Below, one piece after another: positions 6,859 to 16,160 of a DNA stretch of 64,000 bases; positions within the stretch are counted from its first letter, which is position 1; each line of letters opens with the position of its first letter. The notes under the pieces were generated by a model. The model saw nothing but the letters and a program-made list of their open reading frames with translations, made no database searches and was not told the DNA's origin. The stretch covers positions 4,672-68,671 of the forward strand of contig CAZAEI010000003.1 of NCBI GenBank assembly GCA_964484305.1, given 5' to 3'. The DNA comes from an uncultured archaeon. GTDB taxonomy: Archaea > Aenigmatarchaeota > Aenigmatarchaeia > QMZP01. A program made the position numbers and the translations under genes.

Positions 6859-8052
6859 ATGAAGTACCTCCTGGTTGTCCTTGACGGTGCCGGAGACCGT
6901 GGAGACAATACCCCCCTCCAGGTCGCCCACAAACCGAACATAGACTCCCTCTCTGCTGCAGGCAAGAATGGCCTGCTCGATCTGGGCTACAGGAAGGAGG
7001 TCAACTCCGATGTCGGCTACCTGACGCTTCTCAGTTGCTACTCCAAGGGCGAGTATCCCGGCCGTGGATATATAGAGGCCCTTGGGGTGAACATCCTCCC
7101 GGGGAAGAATGACCTCTGCATAAGGGGAAACTTCGCGACCCTGGACTCCAGTGGGAATGTCAAGGACAGGCGAGCGGGCAGGGACGAGACCGGCCTCAGG
7201 GGGCTTGCTGAGAAGCTGGACGGCATGGAGATAGACGGTGTGGGATTCACTGTGATAAACTCAACCGGCCACAGGGTTGTGATTGTGGCATCGGGGCCCG
7301 GGCTATCTGGCAGTGTCATGCCCAATGACCCCATGAAGACAGGGGTTCCGCTCCCCCAGGTGACTGTCAAGAACACAAAGGCCAGGTTCACGGCCTCGGT
7401 ACTGAACAAGTTCGTTTACAGGGCAAACAAGATCCTTTCCAGGGAGCCTGTAAACAGGAGGCGGAAGCTTCCGGCCAACACAATCCTTTTCAGGAACATC
7501 GGCATGAAGAGGGAGACCGAGGGCTTTGAGGACAGGTTCGGGCTCAGCGGGTGCTGTGTGGCCGGGGTCAATGTGGCCAGGGGCGTGGCAAGGTTCCTGG
7601 ACATGGATGTCATGGAGGTGAAGGGTGCGACAGGGAGGCCTGACACCGACCTTGCAAGCAAGAGAAGGGCCACTGCCAAGGCCCTCAAGAAGTATGACTT
7701 TGTCTTCCTTCACATCAACGGGACCGACACACTGGCCCACGACAGGAACAGGTCAGGCAAGGCAGTGTTCATAGAGAAGATTGACAGGGAGCTGGGTAAG
7801 CTCATGGAGGGCATAAACCTTGAGGAGACCTGCATCGTTGTTACATGCGACCACAGGACAGTGAGCCTGCCGCTTTCAGAATACAAGGATTACGAGCACA
7901 CCAGGGACCCCGTGCCCATCGTGATATCCGGGGACGGCATAAAGCCCGATGAGGTCAAGGCCTTTGACGAGCAGTCGGTCAAGAGGGGCTCCCTCAAGAT
8001 GTCGGGGACAGAGCTGGTCCCCCTCCTTCTGATGCTGACCAAGAAGCGATAA
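6859..8052 (+). CDS. apgM: 2,3-bisphosphoglycerate-independent phosphoglycerate mutase, archaeal type
   Basis: 397 aa; MKYLLVVLDGAGDR..., NPNIDSL-like HKPNIDSLSAAG, C-terminal TCDHRT...; length and layout typical of ApgM. Confidence 0.9.
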   Translation: MKYLLVVLDGAGDRGDNTPLQVAHKPNIDSLSAAGKNGLLDLGYRKEVNSDVGYLTLLSCYSKGEYPGRGYIEALGVNILPGKNDLCIRGNFATLDSSGNVKDRRAGRDETGLRGLAEKLDGMEIDGVGFTVINSTGHRVVIVASGPGLSGSVMPNDPMKTGVPLPQVTVKNTKARFTASVLNKFVYRANKILSREPVNRRRKLPANTILFRNIGMKRETEGFEDRFGLSGCCVAGVNVARGVARFLDMDVMEVKGATGRPDTDLASKRRATAKALKKYDFVFLHINGTDTLAHDRNRSGKAVFIEKIDRELGKLMEGINLEETCIVVTCDHRTVSLPLSEYKDYEHTRDPVPIVISGDGIKPDEVKAFDEQSVKRGSLKMSGTELVPLLLMLTKKR

Positions 8053-8055
8053 AGC

Positions 8056-8463
8056 ATGCCTTTGTGGCCATTCAGGAACATACAAAGCTTTAAAGCGTCG
8101 GCTGCAGGAGCTGCAGGGCTTGGTCTAGCTGCTGCAGAGAATAAATACAGACTTATAACAAGGGCTTATTCTGCTATAGGGGATGCTATTGCAGGTGCAT
8201 TAAATATTCATGATATAGAGCTTGACGGCACAGCACTAATCAATAAAGGGGCAGCTGTTGGGTACGAGGCTGATAGGATTGCTAATGATATCTTCAGATT
8301 TTATGAAAGCAGAAACATCGACCCTGGCTACATAAAATATGATTTAATCGGAGCGATGGGAAGGAAACTAAAAGAAGAATATGGATATTCCGGGCAAACC
8401 AGCGGAATTGAGAAATTGCCAGTACCCAAGGACTATGCCGAACACATAAACAGAACTGATTAG
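8056..8463 (+). CDS. hypothetical protein
   Basis: 135-aa ORF starting 4 nt after the apgM stop; lower GC than its neighbours; no recognisable motif. Confidence 0.45.
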   Translation: MPLWPFRNIQSFKASAAGAAGLGLAAAENKYRLITRAYSAIGDAIAGALNIHDIELDGTALINKGAAVGYEADRIANDIFRFYESRNIDPGYIKYDLIGAMGRKLKEEYGYSGQTSGIEKLPVPKDYAEHINRTD

Positions 8464-8478
8464 AAAGAATGTAACTGT

Positions 8479-8516
8479 GGCCTTCTCTAAAAGTTTATAT
8501 ACAGCCAACCTCTTCA
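8479..8516 (+). promoter_or_regulatory. promoter-like unit 1 (BRE/TATA aaaagtttatata) upstream of psmA
   Basis: tggccttctctaaaagtttatatacagccaacctcttcac; imperfectly repeated at 8545-8585. Confidence 0.4.
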
Positions 8517-8544
8517 CATTTTGCTTAAGCTTTTGCGGAAGCGA

Positions 8545-8585
8545 TGGCTCCTGTAAAAGCTTATATATCAGAAACCTCTATTAAC
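8545..8585 (+). promoter_or_regulatory. promoter-like unit 2 (aaaagcttatata) upstream of psmA
   Basis: tggctcctgtaaaagcttatatatcagaaacctctattaac; about 70 nt upstream of the psmA ATG. Confidence 0.45.
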
Positions 8586-8635
8586 TGTTAATACCGGGAC
8601 GGTTTATGAAGATTAAAATTTAGACAGGAGGATTT

Positions 8636-9334
8636 ATGGCACAGCCCATTCCGCAGAACTACATGGCCTATGACAGGACCATCGTCGTGTTCTCCCCGGA
8701 CGGGAGGCTCTTGCAGGTGGAATACGCCAGGCAGATGGTAAAGAACGGCATCACCTCCCTTGGCATTAAGCTCAAGGACGGCGTGCTCCTGGGTTCTGTC
8801 CGGACACCCTCACCCCTTGCAGTGACGCAGTCGTACAAGAAGATATATGAGATTGATGCGAGCATAGCCGCGGTCAGCGCCGGCTCCCTGGCCGATGCCA
8901 GGAACCTTATAGACCTGGCAAGGATGAAGGCACAAATCAACATGATAACCTACAGTGAACCCATATCAGTCAGTTCCCTCACAAAGGCTGTCTCAGACAG
9001 AAAGCACCTGGTCACGCAGTACGCCGGGGTCAGGCCCTATGGTGTGGGTCTCCTTATCGGTGGCGTTGACAAGGCAGGAGCCAGGCTGTTCGAGACCGAG
9101 CCCTCGGGGACCATGATAGAATGGAACGCCCAGGCCATTGGAAGGGGCGCTGACAAGGCAAGGAAGGCCCTATCAGGATGGAAAGAGGGCATGGACATCA
9201 AGTCAGGCGCCCAGCTGCTGGTGAAGGCCCTTAAGGCAGGCGAGAAGGAGGCCAGGACCGAGAACATCGAGGCAATCTATGTCACCAGGGGCAAGATAGA
9301 GAGGGTTTCACTCAAGGAATCAAAGAAGGGCTGA
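8636..9334 (+). CDS. psmA: proteasome subunit alpha
   Basis: 232 aa; YDRTIVVFSPDGRLLQVEYA N-terminal signature; AGGAGG Shine-Dalgarno upstream. Confidence 0.95.
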   Translation: MAQPIPQNYMAYDRTIVVFSPDGRLLQVEYARQMVKNGITSLGIKLKDGVLLGSVRTPSPLAVTQSYKKIYEIDASIAAVSAGSLADARNLIDLARMKAQINMITYSEPISVSSLTKAVSDRKHLVTQYAGVRPYGVGLLIGGVDKAGARLFETEPSGTMIEWNAQAIGRGADKARKALSGWKEGMDIKSGAQLLVKALKAGEKEARTENIEAIYVTRGKIERVSLKESKKG

Positions 9335-9365
9335 TTCTTGGAATCTTTGTCAAGGAGTTGATACA

Positions 9366-10067
9366 ATGGTTTCTGTAGAGGATGCAGTCATAGCAAGGAT
9401 TGAGAGGTCGGGCATTCATTTCGAGCTCATGGTTGACCCTGAACTGGCCCTGGACTTCAGGGGGGGCAGGGATGTCTCCCTGGAGAATGTCCTGGCTGTC
9501 CGTGAGGTGTTCAAGGACGCCGGAAGGGGCGAGCGGGTATCCGAGGAGGAGCTCCAGAAGGCATTTCATACAACAGATATTTGGAAGATTGCTGAGGTCA
9601 TAATCAGGCATGGGGATGTCCAGATAACCACCGAGCACCGAAGGAGGCTCGTGGAGGAGAGGAGGAAGCAGATTGCCGGCATAATATCCAGACAGGGCAT
9701 GGACCCCAGGACCAATCTCCCCCATCCCCCCCAGAGGATTCTCAATGCCATGGATGAGGCCAGGGTCCATGTGGACCCCTTCAGGCGGGCCCCGGACCAG
9801 GTCGAGGACATCCTCTCCAGGATACAGGAGATTCTTCCGATAAGCATGGAGAGGGTCGAGGTCGAGCTGAGGGTTCCCCTCCAGTTCGCCGGAAAGGCCA
9901 ACTCGGTTATAAGGGAAATCACCCCTGTCAAGAAGGAGGAGTGGAGGCCGGATGCCTGGGTAGCCACCATAGAGATAGCCGCGGGCATGCAGTCAGAGAT
10001 ATACGGCAAGCTCAATGAGCTCACATCAGGCCAGGCCGAGACAAGGATGGTCAGGAAGGGCCTCTGA
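9366..10067 (+). CDS. sdo1: SBDS/Sdo1 family ribosome maturation protein
   Basis: 233 aa; RIERSGIHFELMVDPELALDFRGG... and conserved position next to psmA and the exosome genes (archaeal exosome superoperon). Confidence 0.9.
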   Translation: MVSVEDAVIARIERSGIHFELMVDPELALDFRGGRDVSLENVLAVREVFKDAGRGERVSEEELQKAFHTTDIWKIAEVIIRHGDVQITTEHRRRLVEERRKQIAGIISRQGMDPRTNLPHPPQRILNAMDEARVHVDPFRRAPDQVEDILSRIQEILPISMERVEVELRVPLQFAGKANSVIREITPVKKEEWRPDAWVATIEIAAGMQSEIYGKLNELTSGQAETRMVRKGL

Positions 10068-10135
10068 GCCGTTAACTATATAAACTGTGATTTTAACTTT
10101 CGAAGAACGATATGAGAGACAAGAGAGGTGTTAAC

Positions 10136-10816
10136 ATGAGCGAGATGATAAAGAACGACAGGGACTTTGTTATCCCTGGCGATGAGATAATAAACAGCAT
10201 GAATTATCTTCCCGGCAGGAACTGCTTCAGGGAAGGAAATTCGATATATTCCAAGAGGATAGGGCTGGTAAGCGTGAGGGGAAGGGTGATATCCGTCATA
10301 TCACTCTCCGGAGTCTATGCCCCCAGGGGAGGCGACATGGTGATAGGCAGGGTGAAGGATATCCACTCAGCCGGCTGGGTTGTGGACATCAACTCCATTG
10401 GTGAAGCCTTCCTGCCCCTCTCAGGGGTCAGGGAATTCATAGACACCACAAAGACCGACCTGTCCAAGTTCTATGCTGTGGGTGATGTGATATACGCCAA
10501 GATAGGCCATGCCAACTCCCACACCATACACCTTTCCATGCAGGACCCGAGGGCCAGGAAATTCAGGTCAGGCAGGATAGTGGAGATGAACCCCGCAAAG
10601 GTCCCGAGGCTTATCGGAAAGGAGGGCTCCATGATAAACGTGATAAAGGACAAATCCGGGTGCAGGATAAATGTGGGGCAGAACGGCCTGGTCTGGTTCG
10701 AGGGTGAAAAGGAAGACCTCGTGGCCGATGCGATAAGGATTGTAGAGAGGGACGCTGCCATGGACGGCCTTACAAACAGGGTGTCCTCGATGCTTAATGG
10801 CAAGGAGTTAAGGTGA
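10136..10816 (+). CDS. rrp4: exosome complex RNA-binding protein Rrp4 (S1 + KH)
   Basis: S1-like core and KH motif GKEGSMINVIKDKSGCRINV. The ATG at 10136 is preceded by GAGGTG; the ORF track offers an upstream ATG at 10112. Confidence 0.9.
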   Translation: MSEMIKNDRDFVIPGDEIINSMNYLPGRNCFREGNSIYSKRIGLVSVRGRVISVISLSGVYAPRGGDMVIGRVKDIHSAGWVVDINSIGEAFLPLSGVREFIDTTKTDLSKFYAVGDVIYAKIGHANSHTIHLSMQDPRARKFRSGRIVEMNPAKVPRLIGKEGSMINVIKDKSGCRINVGQNGLVWFEGEKEDLVADAIRIVERDAAMDGLTNRVSSMLNGKELR

Positions 10817-10821
10817 TATAT

Positions 10822-11643
10822 ATGAAGAGAAAAGACGGAAGAAAACCAGGGGATTTGAGGCCGGTAGAGATAAAGGCCGGCGTGATAGAGCAGGCCGACG
10901 GTTCGGCCATGGTCAGGATGGGCCGGACGATTGCGATGGCTGCTGTTTACGGCCCCAGGGAGATGCACCCCAGGAGGATGCAGAAATCCGATAGGGCATT
11001 CCTCAAGACCATATACAGGATGGCCCCCTTCTCGACAACAGACAGGTGCAGACCAGGGAGGTCGAGGAGGAGCCAGGAGATATCCATGGTGACCAGGGAG
11101 GCTCTGGAGCCCGCTATCTTCCTTGAGGAGTTTCCCAAGACAGGTATATACCTGTTCATTGAGATAATACAGGCAGACGCAGGGACAAGGACAGCCGGAA
11201 TCAATGCAGCGAGCGTGGCCCTGGCTGATGCAGGCATACCCATGAGGGACCTCGTGACAGCAGTGGCTGCTGGCAAGGTAGACAATGAATACTTCCTGGA
11301 CCTGGAATACAAGGAAGAGGAAGAGACAGCCGCTGACCTGCCGATTGCATACATGCCAAGGAGCAAGAAGGTAACACTGCTCCAGATGGACGGCGACCTT
11401 TCTGTAAAGGATGTCAAGGCGGTTATGCAGATGGCAATCAAGGGATGCGAGATAATGTATGAAAAACAGAAGCAGGCCCTCAGGGAGCGATGGGAGACCA
11501 GGCCCAAGGAGGCGGGGAGGGAGGCCAGACCCGCGGAGCCTGCAAAGAAGCCCGCTGTAAAGGAGGCCAAACCCCCTCCATCCCCTAAAGGGGACAGCAG
11601 GGGCAAATCCGCAAAGTCCATTAAAACAAGGAAGAAGGAGTGA
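10822..11643 (+). CDS. rrp41: exosome complex exonuclease Rrp41 (RNase PH) with Lys/Pro-rich C-terminal tail
   Basis: RKDGRKPGDLRPVEIKAGV, DGSAMVRMGRT, ADAGTRTAGINAASVALADAG. The ATG at 10822 follows AAGGTGA; the last 50 or so aa are low-complexity and basic. Confidence 0.9.
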   Translation: MKRKDGRKPGDLRPVEIKAGVIEQADGSAMVRMGRTIAMAAVYGPREMHPRRMQKSDRAFLKTIYRMAPFSTTDRCRPGRSRRSQEISMVTREALEPAIFLEEFPKTGIYLFIEIIQADAGTRTAGINAASVALADAGIPMRDLVTAVAAGKVDNEYFLDLEYKEEEETAADLPIAYMPRSKKVTLLQMDGDLSVKDVKAVMQMAIKGCEIMYEKQKQALRERWETRPKEAGREARPAEPAKKPAVKEAKPPPSPKGDSRGKSAKSIKTRKKE

Positions 11644-11648
11644 TTAAG

Positions 11649-12419
11649 ATGATACTGCAAAACCAGTACATACTGAACCTGGCCTCAAAGGGCCAGAGGA
11701 TTGACAAGAGAGGACCTGACGAATACAGGAAGATAGTGGTTGAAAAGAGCCCCATAGAGAAGCCAGAGGGCTGCGCCAGGGTCACCCTGGGCGAGACCGT
11801 GGTCATGGCAGGGGTCAAGATGGGAATAGGAACTCCCTTCTCTGACAGGCCTGATGAGGGGGTCCTGATGGTGAATGCTGAATTCTCTCCCATAGCAAGC
11901 CCTGACTTCGAGAGTGGCCCTCCCAGCGAGGAGGCTGTGGAGCTGGCCAGGGTCGTGGACAGAGGAATCAGGGAGAGCCACGCAATCGACCTCAAGAAGC
12001 TCTGCATCAAGAAGGCCGAGAAGGTCTGGATGGTGAACGTGGACATCCACATCCTGAACCACACAGGCAACCTGATAGACGCTGCTGCGCTGGCTTCCAT
12101 AGCTGCGCTCTGGGAGGTCAGGATGCCCGAGCTCAAGGGTGACGAGATAAACTACGATAAGAAGACCAACAAGAAGCTGCCCATATCTTCCAAGCCCGTG
12201 CCCGTAACCTTTGCAAAGGTTGAGGGGAGCCTCTTCATGGACCCCAGCCTCGAGGAGGAAGAGGTGATGGGGGCCAGGCTCACTGTCACCACCAAGGATG
12301 ACGGGAACATCGTGGCCCTCCAGAAGGGCGGCACAGCTACCCTTACGCAGGATGAGATAGAGAACGCCTTTGGCCTGGCCGAGAAGAAGGCCAGGGAGCT
12401 GAGAAGGCTTCTGAACTAG
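11649..12419 (+). CDS. rrp42: exosome complex protein Rrp42
   Basis: GQRIDKRGPDEYRKIVVE..., RNase PH-like fold. ATG at 11649 is 8 nt after GAAGGAG, with start/stop coupling to rrp41. Confidence 0.9.
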   Translation: MILQNQYILNLASKGQRIDKRGPDEYRKIVVEKSPIEKPEGCARVTLGETVVMAGVKMGIGTPFSDRPDEGVLMVNAEFSPIASPDFESGPPSEEAVELARVVDRGIRESHAIDLKKLCIKKAEKVWMVNVDIHILNHTGNLIDAAALASIAALWEVRMPELKGDEINYDKKTNKKLPISSKPVPVTFAKVEGSLFMDPSLEEEEVMGARLTVTTKDDGNIVALQKGGTATLTQDEIENAFGLAEKKARELRRLLN

Positions 12420-12449
12420 GGCCCTGGGCTCAGGACTCAAAGTGATAAC

Positions 12450-12659
12450 ATGGGAAGGACAAAGAAGGTCGGGGTGGCAGGGAAGCACGGAAGCCGCTAC
12501 GGAAGGGCAATCAGGACGAGGGTTATCAAGGCGGGTTCCCAGAAGAGGTTCCGCTGCCCGTCCTGCATGAAGCTCACCCTGAAGAGGGAGTCTGCGGGCA
12601 TCTGGAGCTGCAGCAGGTGCGGTACCAAGCTTGCTGGAAAAGCATATAAGCCAGAGTAG
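12450..12659 (+). CDS. rpl37ae: 50S ribosomal protein L37Ae (eL43)
   Basis: 69 aa; MGRTKKVGVAGKHGSRYG..., C4 zinc ribbon CPSC...CSRC. Confidence 0.9.
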   Translation: MGRTKKVGVAGKHGSRYGRAIRTRVIKAGSQKRFRCPSCMKLTLKRESAGIWSCSRCGTKLAGKAYKPE

Positions 12660-12680
12660 TTATTATAATAAGGTGGTCGC

Positions 12681-12818
12681 GTGTACAAGTGCCTGGGCTG
12701 CGGAAGGAAAATCGAGATTGATTTGAGGACAACCAAGAAGGTTATCTGTCCGTTCTGCGGCTACAGAATTATCAAGAAGACCCGCTCCGCTGTTATAAAG
12801 AAGGTCCAGGCCAGGTAG
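12681..12818 (+). CDS. rpoP: DNA-directed RNA polymerase subunit P (Rpo12)
   Basis: 45-codon ORF (GTG start after AAGGTGG): VYKCLGCGRKIEIDLRTTKKVICPFCGYRIIKKTRSAVIKKVQAR. Zinc ribbon CxxC...CxxC; conserved position after L37Ae. Below the ORF-track size cut-off. Confidence 0.8.
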   Translation: MYKCLGCGRKIEIDLRTTKKVICPFCGYRIIKKTRSAVIKKVQAR

Positions 12819-12823
12819 ATATT

Positions 12824-12892
12824 GCCCGGCCTTCCGAACCAGTCCAATCCTGTGCCGAGGGCACAGGCAGACAAGTTGGGTCGGAAGGAAAA
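12824..12892 (+). repeat. CCCGRCC...GGTCGG hairpin element, long copy, between rpoP and pfdB
   Basis: gcccggccttccgaaccagtccaatcctgtgccgagggcacaggcagacaagttgggtcggaaggaaa; reverse-complement match to 3538-3604. Confidence 0.7.
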
Positions 12893-12909
12893 ACACCGAT
12901 TGGAGGCAT

Positions 12910-13254
12910 ATGGTGGAAGAAAACCAGCAGCAGCTTCTGCAGAGTGCGGCAGTGCTCCAGCAGCAGCTCCAGAACATCATGGCCCAGAAGGAGGCCATAG
13001 GGACCCATGTGCTTGAGATAAAGAAGGCCCTTGACGAGCTCGGGAAATCCAAGGAAAGCGAGGTCTACAAGATTTCCGGGCCAATCCTGATAAAGTCCCC
13101 CAGGGCAGGTGTCCTAAAGGAGCTCAGGGAGAGGGACGAGATGTTCGACCTCCGCTTCAAATCCATGGAAAAGGAGGAGAAGCGAATCAAGTTAAGGATA
13201 GAGGAGCTGAGGGAAAGGCTGGTCAGGGGCATGAAAGAGCCTGTGGGGGGTTAG
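12910..13254 (+). CDS. pfdB: prefoldin subunit beta
   Basis: 114 aa coiled-coil/beta-hairpin/coiled-coil: QQLQNIMAQKEAIGTHVLEIKKALDEL...VYKISGPILIK. Confidence 0.9.
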   Translation: MVEENQQQLLQSAAVLQQQLQNIMAQKEAIGTHVLEIKKALDELGKSKESEVYKISGPILIKSPRAGVLKELRERDEMFDLRFKSMEKEEKRIKLRIEELRERLVRGMKEPVGG

Positions 13255-13263
13255 GTGATTTCC

Positions 13264-13512
13264 ATGGACAGTGAAGAGGTCAACAGCCTGCTTCAGGAGA
13301 TTATAACTGACAGGGGGGTTCCCAGGAACATCAAGGCATCGCTTGAGGAGTCCATCTCCATCCTTAACGGGAGTGATTCCGAGGAGGAGAAGGTAGCGTC
13401 CATAATATCCGTGCTTGACGATGCCTCGGGTGACCCGAACCTCTCCTTTCACACCAGGACCAAGATATGGAACATGGTGTCCGTTCTGGAGAGCCTGAAG
13501 CAGGGGCCCTGA
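13264..13512 (+). CDS. UPF0147-like small conserved archaeal protein
   Basis: About 82 aa; ...VLDDASGDPNLSFHTRTKIWNMVSVLE; typical partner downstream of prefoldin beta. An alternative GTG start lies at 13255. Confidence 0.7.
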   Translation: MDSEEVNSLLQEIITDRGVPRNIKASLEESISILNGSDSEEEKVASIISVLDDASGDPNLSFHTRTKIWNMVSVLESLKQGP

Positions 13513-13723
13513 CTGGCAATAATCAGGCCGGCAGCGCGGCCAGGCCTGAGTTCCCACCTCTGATTTAATTCCCTGGAATACCCAGGTATGCCTAAATGCT
13601 TATAAATCTTTCAGCAATATAGTCTACAGCGCTTATGGTGTCCCAAGGGAACAACCCACACTAAAAGCATGCTGGTTGTTTCCTTGTTGTGCTGTGGTGC
13701 GTTTGTGATGAGGAGGTTCTTAT

Positions 13724-14074
13724 ATGGGACTTAGAGATATGCTTTCCAGGAAGGATGAGGAATACGATGAGTTCTCCGGCGAGGAGTACATGGAGGTCAA
13801 TCTCATGGATGCCGATGAGAGGAAGATGGGCAAGCTCGGCATCAGGATAGAGAGCCTGGAGGAGTTCGCAGACACCGAAAGAATCCTCAAACAGATCAGG
13901 GAGGGTTCTGTGATATTCCTGAAGATAAAGGGCATCAGGGACAAGGACATGGGCGAGCTCAAGAGGGCAGTGGACAAGCTCAAGAAGGGTGTTGCTGCCA
14001 ACAACGGCGACATAGCCGGGGTCGAGCAGGATTGGCTCATTCTCAGCCCGCACTATGCAATGATTCACAGGTAG
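13724..14074 (+). CDS. sepF: cell division protein SepF homologue
   Basis: 116 aa; ...REGSVIFLKIKGIRDKDMGELKRAVDKLKKGVAANNGDIAGV matches the SepF/DUF552 C-terminal domain. Confidence 0.8.
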   Translation: MGLRDMLSRKDEEYDEFSGEEYMEVNLMDADERKMGKLGIRIESLEEFADTERILKQIREGSVIFLKIKGIRDKDMGELKRAVDKLKKGVAANNGDIAGVEQDWLILSPHYAMIHR

Positions 14075-14163
14075 GGCCTAGGCAATAACGGCCCTGCCTG
14101 CTTTATTATAGAACAGAAATTAGAATCCCTAATTAAGTATAGATTTCTAAGCCTGGGACATTT

Positions 14164-16035
14164 CTAGTTAATCCTCACGGACTCCAGGTTCTTGGGTGCG
14201 AGGGTCTCGGCCCTGAAGGACTTATGGCAGTCCCTGGCCATCTCGAGGCACTTGGCTGCCTCGCCGTGCTGGACTATTATCCTCTCGGGCCTTGCCCTGA
14301 GCTTGTGGAGCCAGGACATGAGCTGGCTCCTGTCCGAGTGGCCCGTCAGGCCCGAGACGGTGTCAACGTTCATCTCTATCCTGATGGTCTGGGTCTTTCC
14401 CCCGTTGCCATAAATCGGGATTTCCCTCCACCCCTTCTGTATCCTCCTTCCCAGGGTCCCCTCCCCCTGGTATCCCACAAAGAGGAGGGTGTTCTTCTTG
14501 CCCAGGGCCAGTCCCCTGAGGTATTCGATTGCAGGACCGCCTATGAGCATGCCTGACGTGGCAATGATGACAGCCGGCTCGCCGCTGTCTATTATGCCGT
14601 CCCTCTCCTTGGGGACGACCCTCTTGAACCTGTCATAGAGGAAGGGGTTCCTGCCCCTGTGGAAGATGTCCCTCTGCAGGTAGTGGTTGAGGTACTCGGG
14701 ATAGGCTGTGTGTATGGCAGTGGCATCCCATATCATACCCTCCATGTATATGGGGTACTGGAACTCCCTGGCAGCCAGTATGGCCATGATCTCCTGGCCA
14801 CGGCCGACCGCGAAGCTCGGTATCAGGACCTTTCCGCCCTGCTTCATTGTCATCTCAATGACCTGCATGAGCTTCTCCTCGGCCTCCCTCCTTGAGGGCA
14901 GGATATCCCTTGATGCCCCGTAGGTGGACTCTATTATGACGGTCTCGGCCCTGGAGAAGTCAGTGAATGCGGGATCAAAGAGCCTTGAGGGCCCGAACTT
15001 CAGGTCAGCTGTGTAGAGTATGTTGTGAAGGCCCTCTCCCACATGGATGTGGGTAAGGGCAGAGCCCAGGAGGTGTCCCGCGGGCTGCAGGGTAAGCCTC
15101 ATGTCGCTCGTTATGTCAGAGACCTCCCCGTAGTCAAGGGTAATGGAGTGCTTTACAGCCTTCTCCACTGCCTTCTTTGGGTAGCTCTCCTTCCCGTTCT
15201 TGTGGCAGACGTCGATGTAGTCCAGGCAGAGAAGGGTCATGAGGTCCCTGGTGGGCGCGGTGCAGTAGAGCGGCCCCTTGTATCCCTCCTCATACAGGCG
15301 GGGAATCAGGCCGCAGTGGTCCAGGTGGGCGTGTGATAAGACAATTGCGTCAATCTTGTCCAGGTCGAACTCAGGGGCCTCCACCATGGGGCCCTGGTTA
15401 TTGGAAACGTCAACGCCGAAGTCAAGCAGGACATTGCTCCTCCTGGTCTGCAGGAGCGTGCATGACCTCCCGACCTGGCGGTAGCCCCCCAGGGCAGTGA
15501 ACCTTATCCAGTCCCTGTTCTTGTCAAGGGGCGGCCTCTCCTCATTTATCCTGGTGCCTATCGTGTTGAGGAACTTCTTCCTGTAGCCTATCTCGCTGTG
15601 CAGGAGGTTCCGAACCGCCCTCACTATTTCAGAGTTTATGGCAGGGGCGCGCTCTATCTTGGGGAGCCAGAGGCTCTGCTCCTTTATCTTCCTGAAGGTC
15701 TCCCCACCCTTGCCTATCACAAGGCCTGGCTTCTGGGACTCTATGATGACCTTGCCCAGCTCGGGCTCGAAATAGACTGCCTTTATTCCAGCGTCCTCGG
15801 GAACGATCTTCTCTATGACCTTCTTGGCCTTCTCGGGCTCCAGGGCAATCGAGAGGTCCGGCCTCACCTCTACCCGCTTCTTGAGCTCCCTGACAATATC
15901 CCTGACAGGCCCCTCACTGTTCCTGAAGAAGTCCTTGTTCTTGGTGTATATGACTATCTCCGAGCCCTCGAACTTGACCTCGGTTATGTCAGCGTCCCTG
16001 GGCAGGTTGCTCTGGAGTTCCTTAAGAATGCTCAT
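14164..16035 (-). CDS. cpsf1: archaeal CPSF1-type beta-CASP ribonuclease with N-terminal KH domains (aCPSF1/FttA)
   Basis: KH region ([14 protein letters not shown]), metallo-beta-lactamase motif [10 protein letters not shown], beta-CASP C-terminus. Start taken at MSILKEL (16035); the ORF track extends to 16077. Confidence 0.93.
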   Translation of the reverse strand: MSILKELQSNLPRDADITEVKFEGSEIVIYTKNKDFFRNSEGPVRDIVRELKKRVEVRPDLSIALEPEKAKKVIEKIVPEDAGIKAVYFEPELGKVIIESQKPGLVIGKGGETFRKIKEQSLWLPKIERAPAINSEIVRAVRNLLHSEIGYRKKFLNTIGTRINEERPPLDKNRDWIRFTALGGYRQVGRSCTLLQTRRSNVLLDFGVDVSNNQGPMVEAPEFDLDKIDAIVLSHAHLDHCGLIPRLYEEGYKGPLYCTAPTRDLMTLLCLDYIDVCHKNGKESYPKKAVEKAVKHSITLDYGEVSDITSDMRLTLQPAGHLLGSALTHIHVGEGLHNILYTADLKFGPSRLFDPAFTDFSRAETVIIESTYGASRDILPSRREAEEKLMQVIEMTMKQGGKVLIPSFAVGRGQEIMAILAAREFQYPIYMEGMIWDATAIHTAYPEYLNHYLQRDIFHRGRNPFLYDRFKRVVPKERDGIIDSGEPAVIIATSGMLIGGPAIEYLRGLALGKKNTLLFVGYQGEGTLGRRIQKGWREIPIYGNGGKTQTIRIEMNVDTVSGLTGHSDRSQLMSWLHKLRARPERIIVQHGEAAKCLEMARDCHKSFRAETLAPKNLESVRIN

Positions 16036-16160
16036 TTTATCTTCCTTACATCTGGTTATATCACAACAAGAGAACAATCACCACCAATCAATACGATAGC
16101 GTGTTTTTAGTGGGGATTGTTTCCTTGGAACATAAGTCTGCACTGGATTGGAAGAACCAA

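Noticed and set aside
11685-12488. 267-aa minus-strand ORF
   Set aside because: It is antisense to rrp42 and rpl37ae and has no motif. It is a GC-rich shadow ORF.
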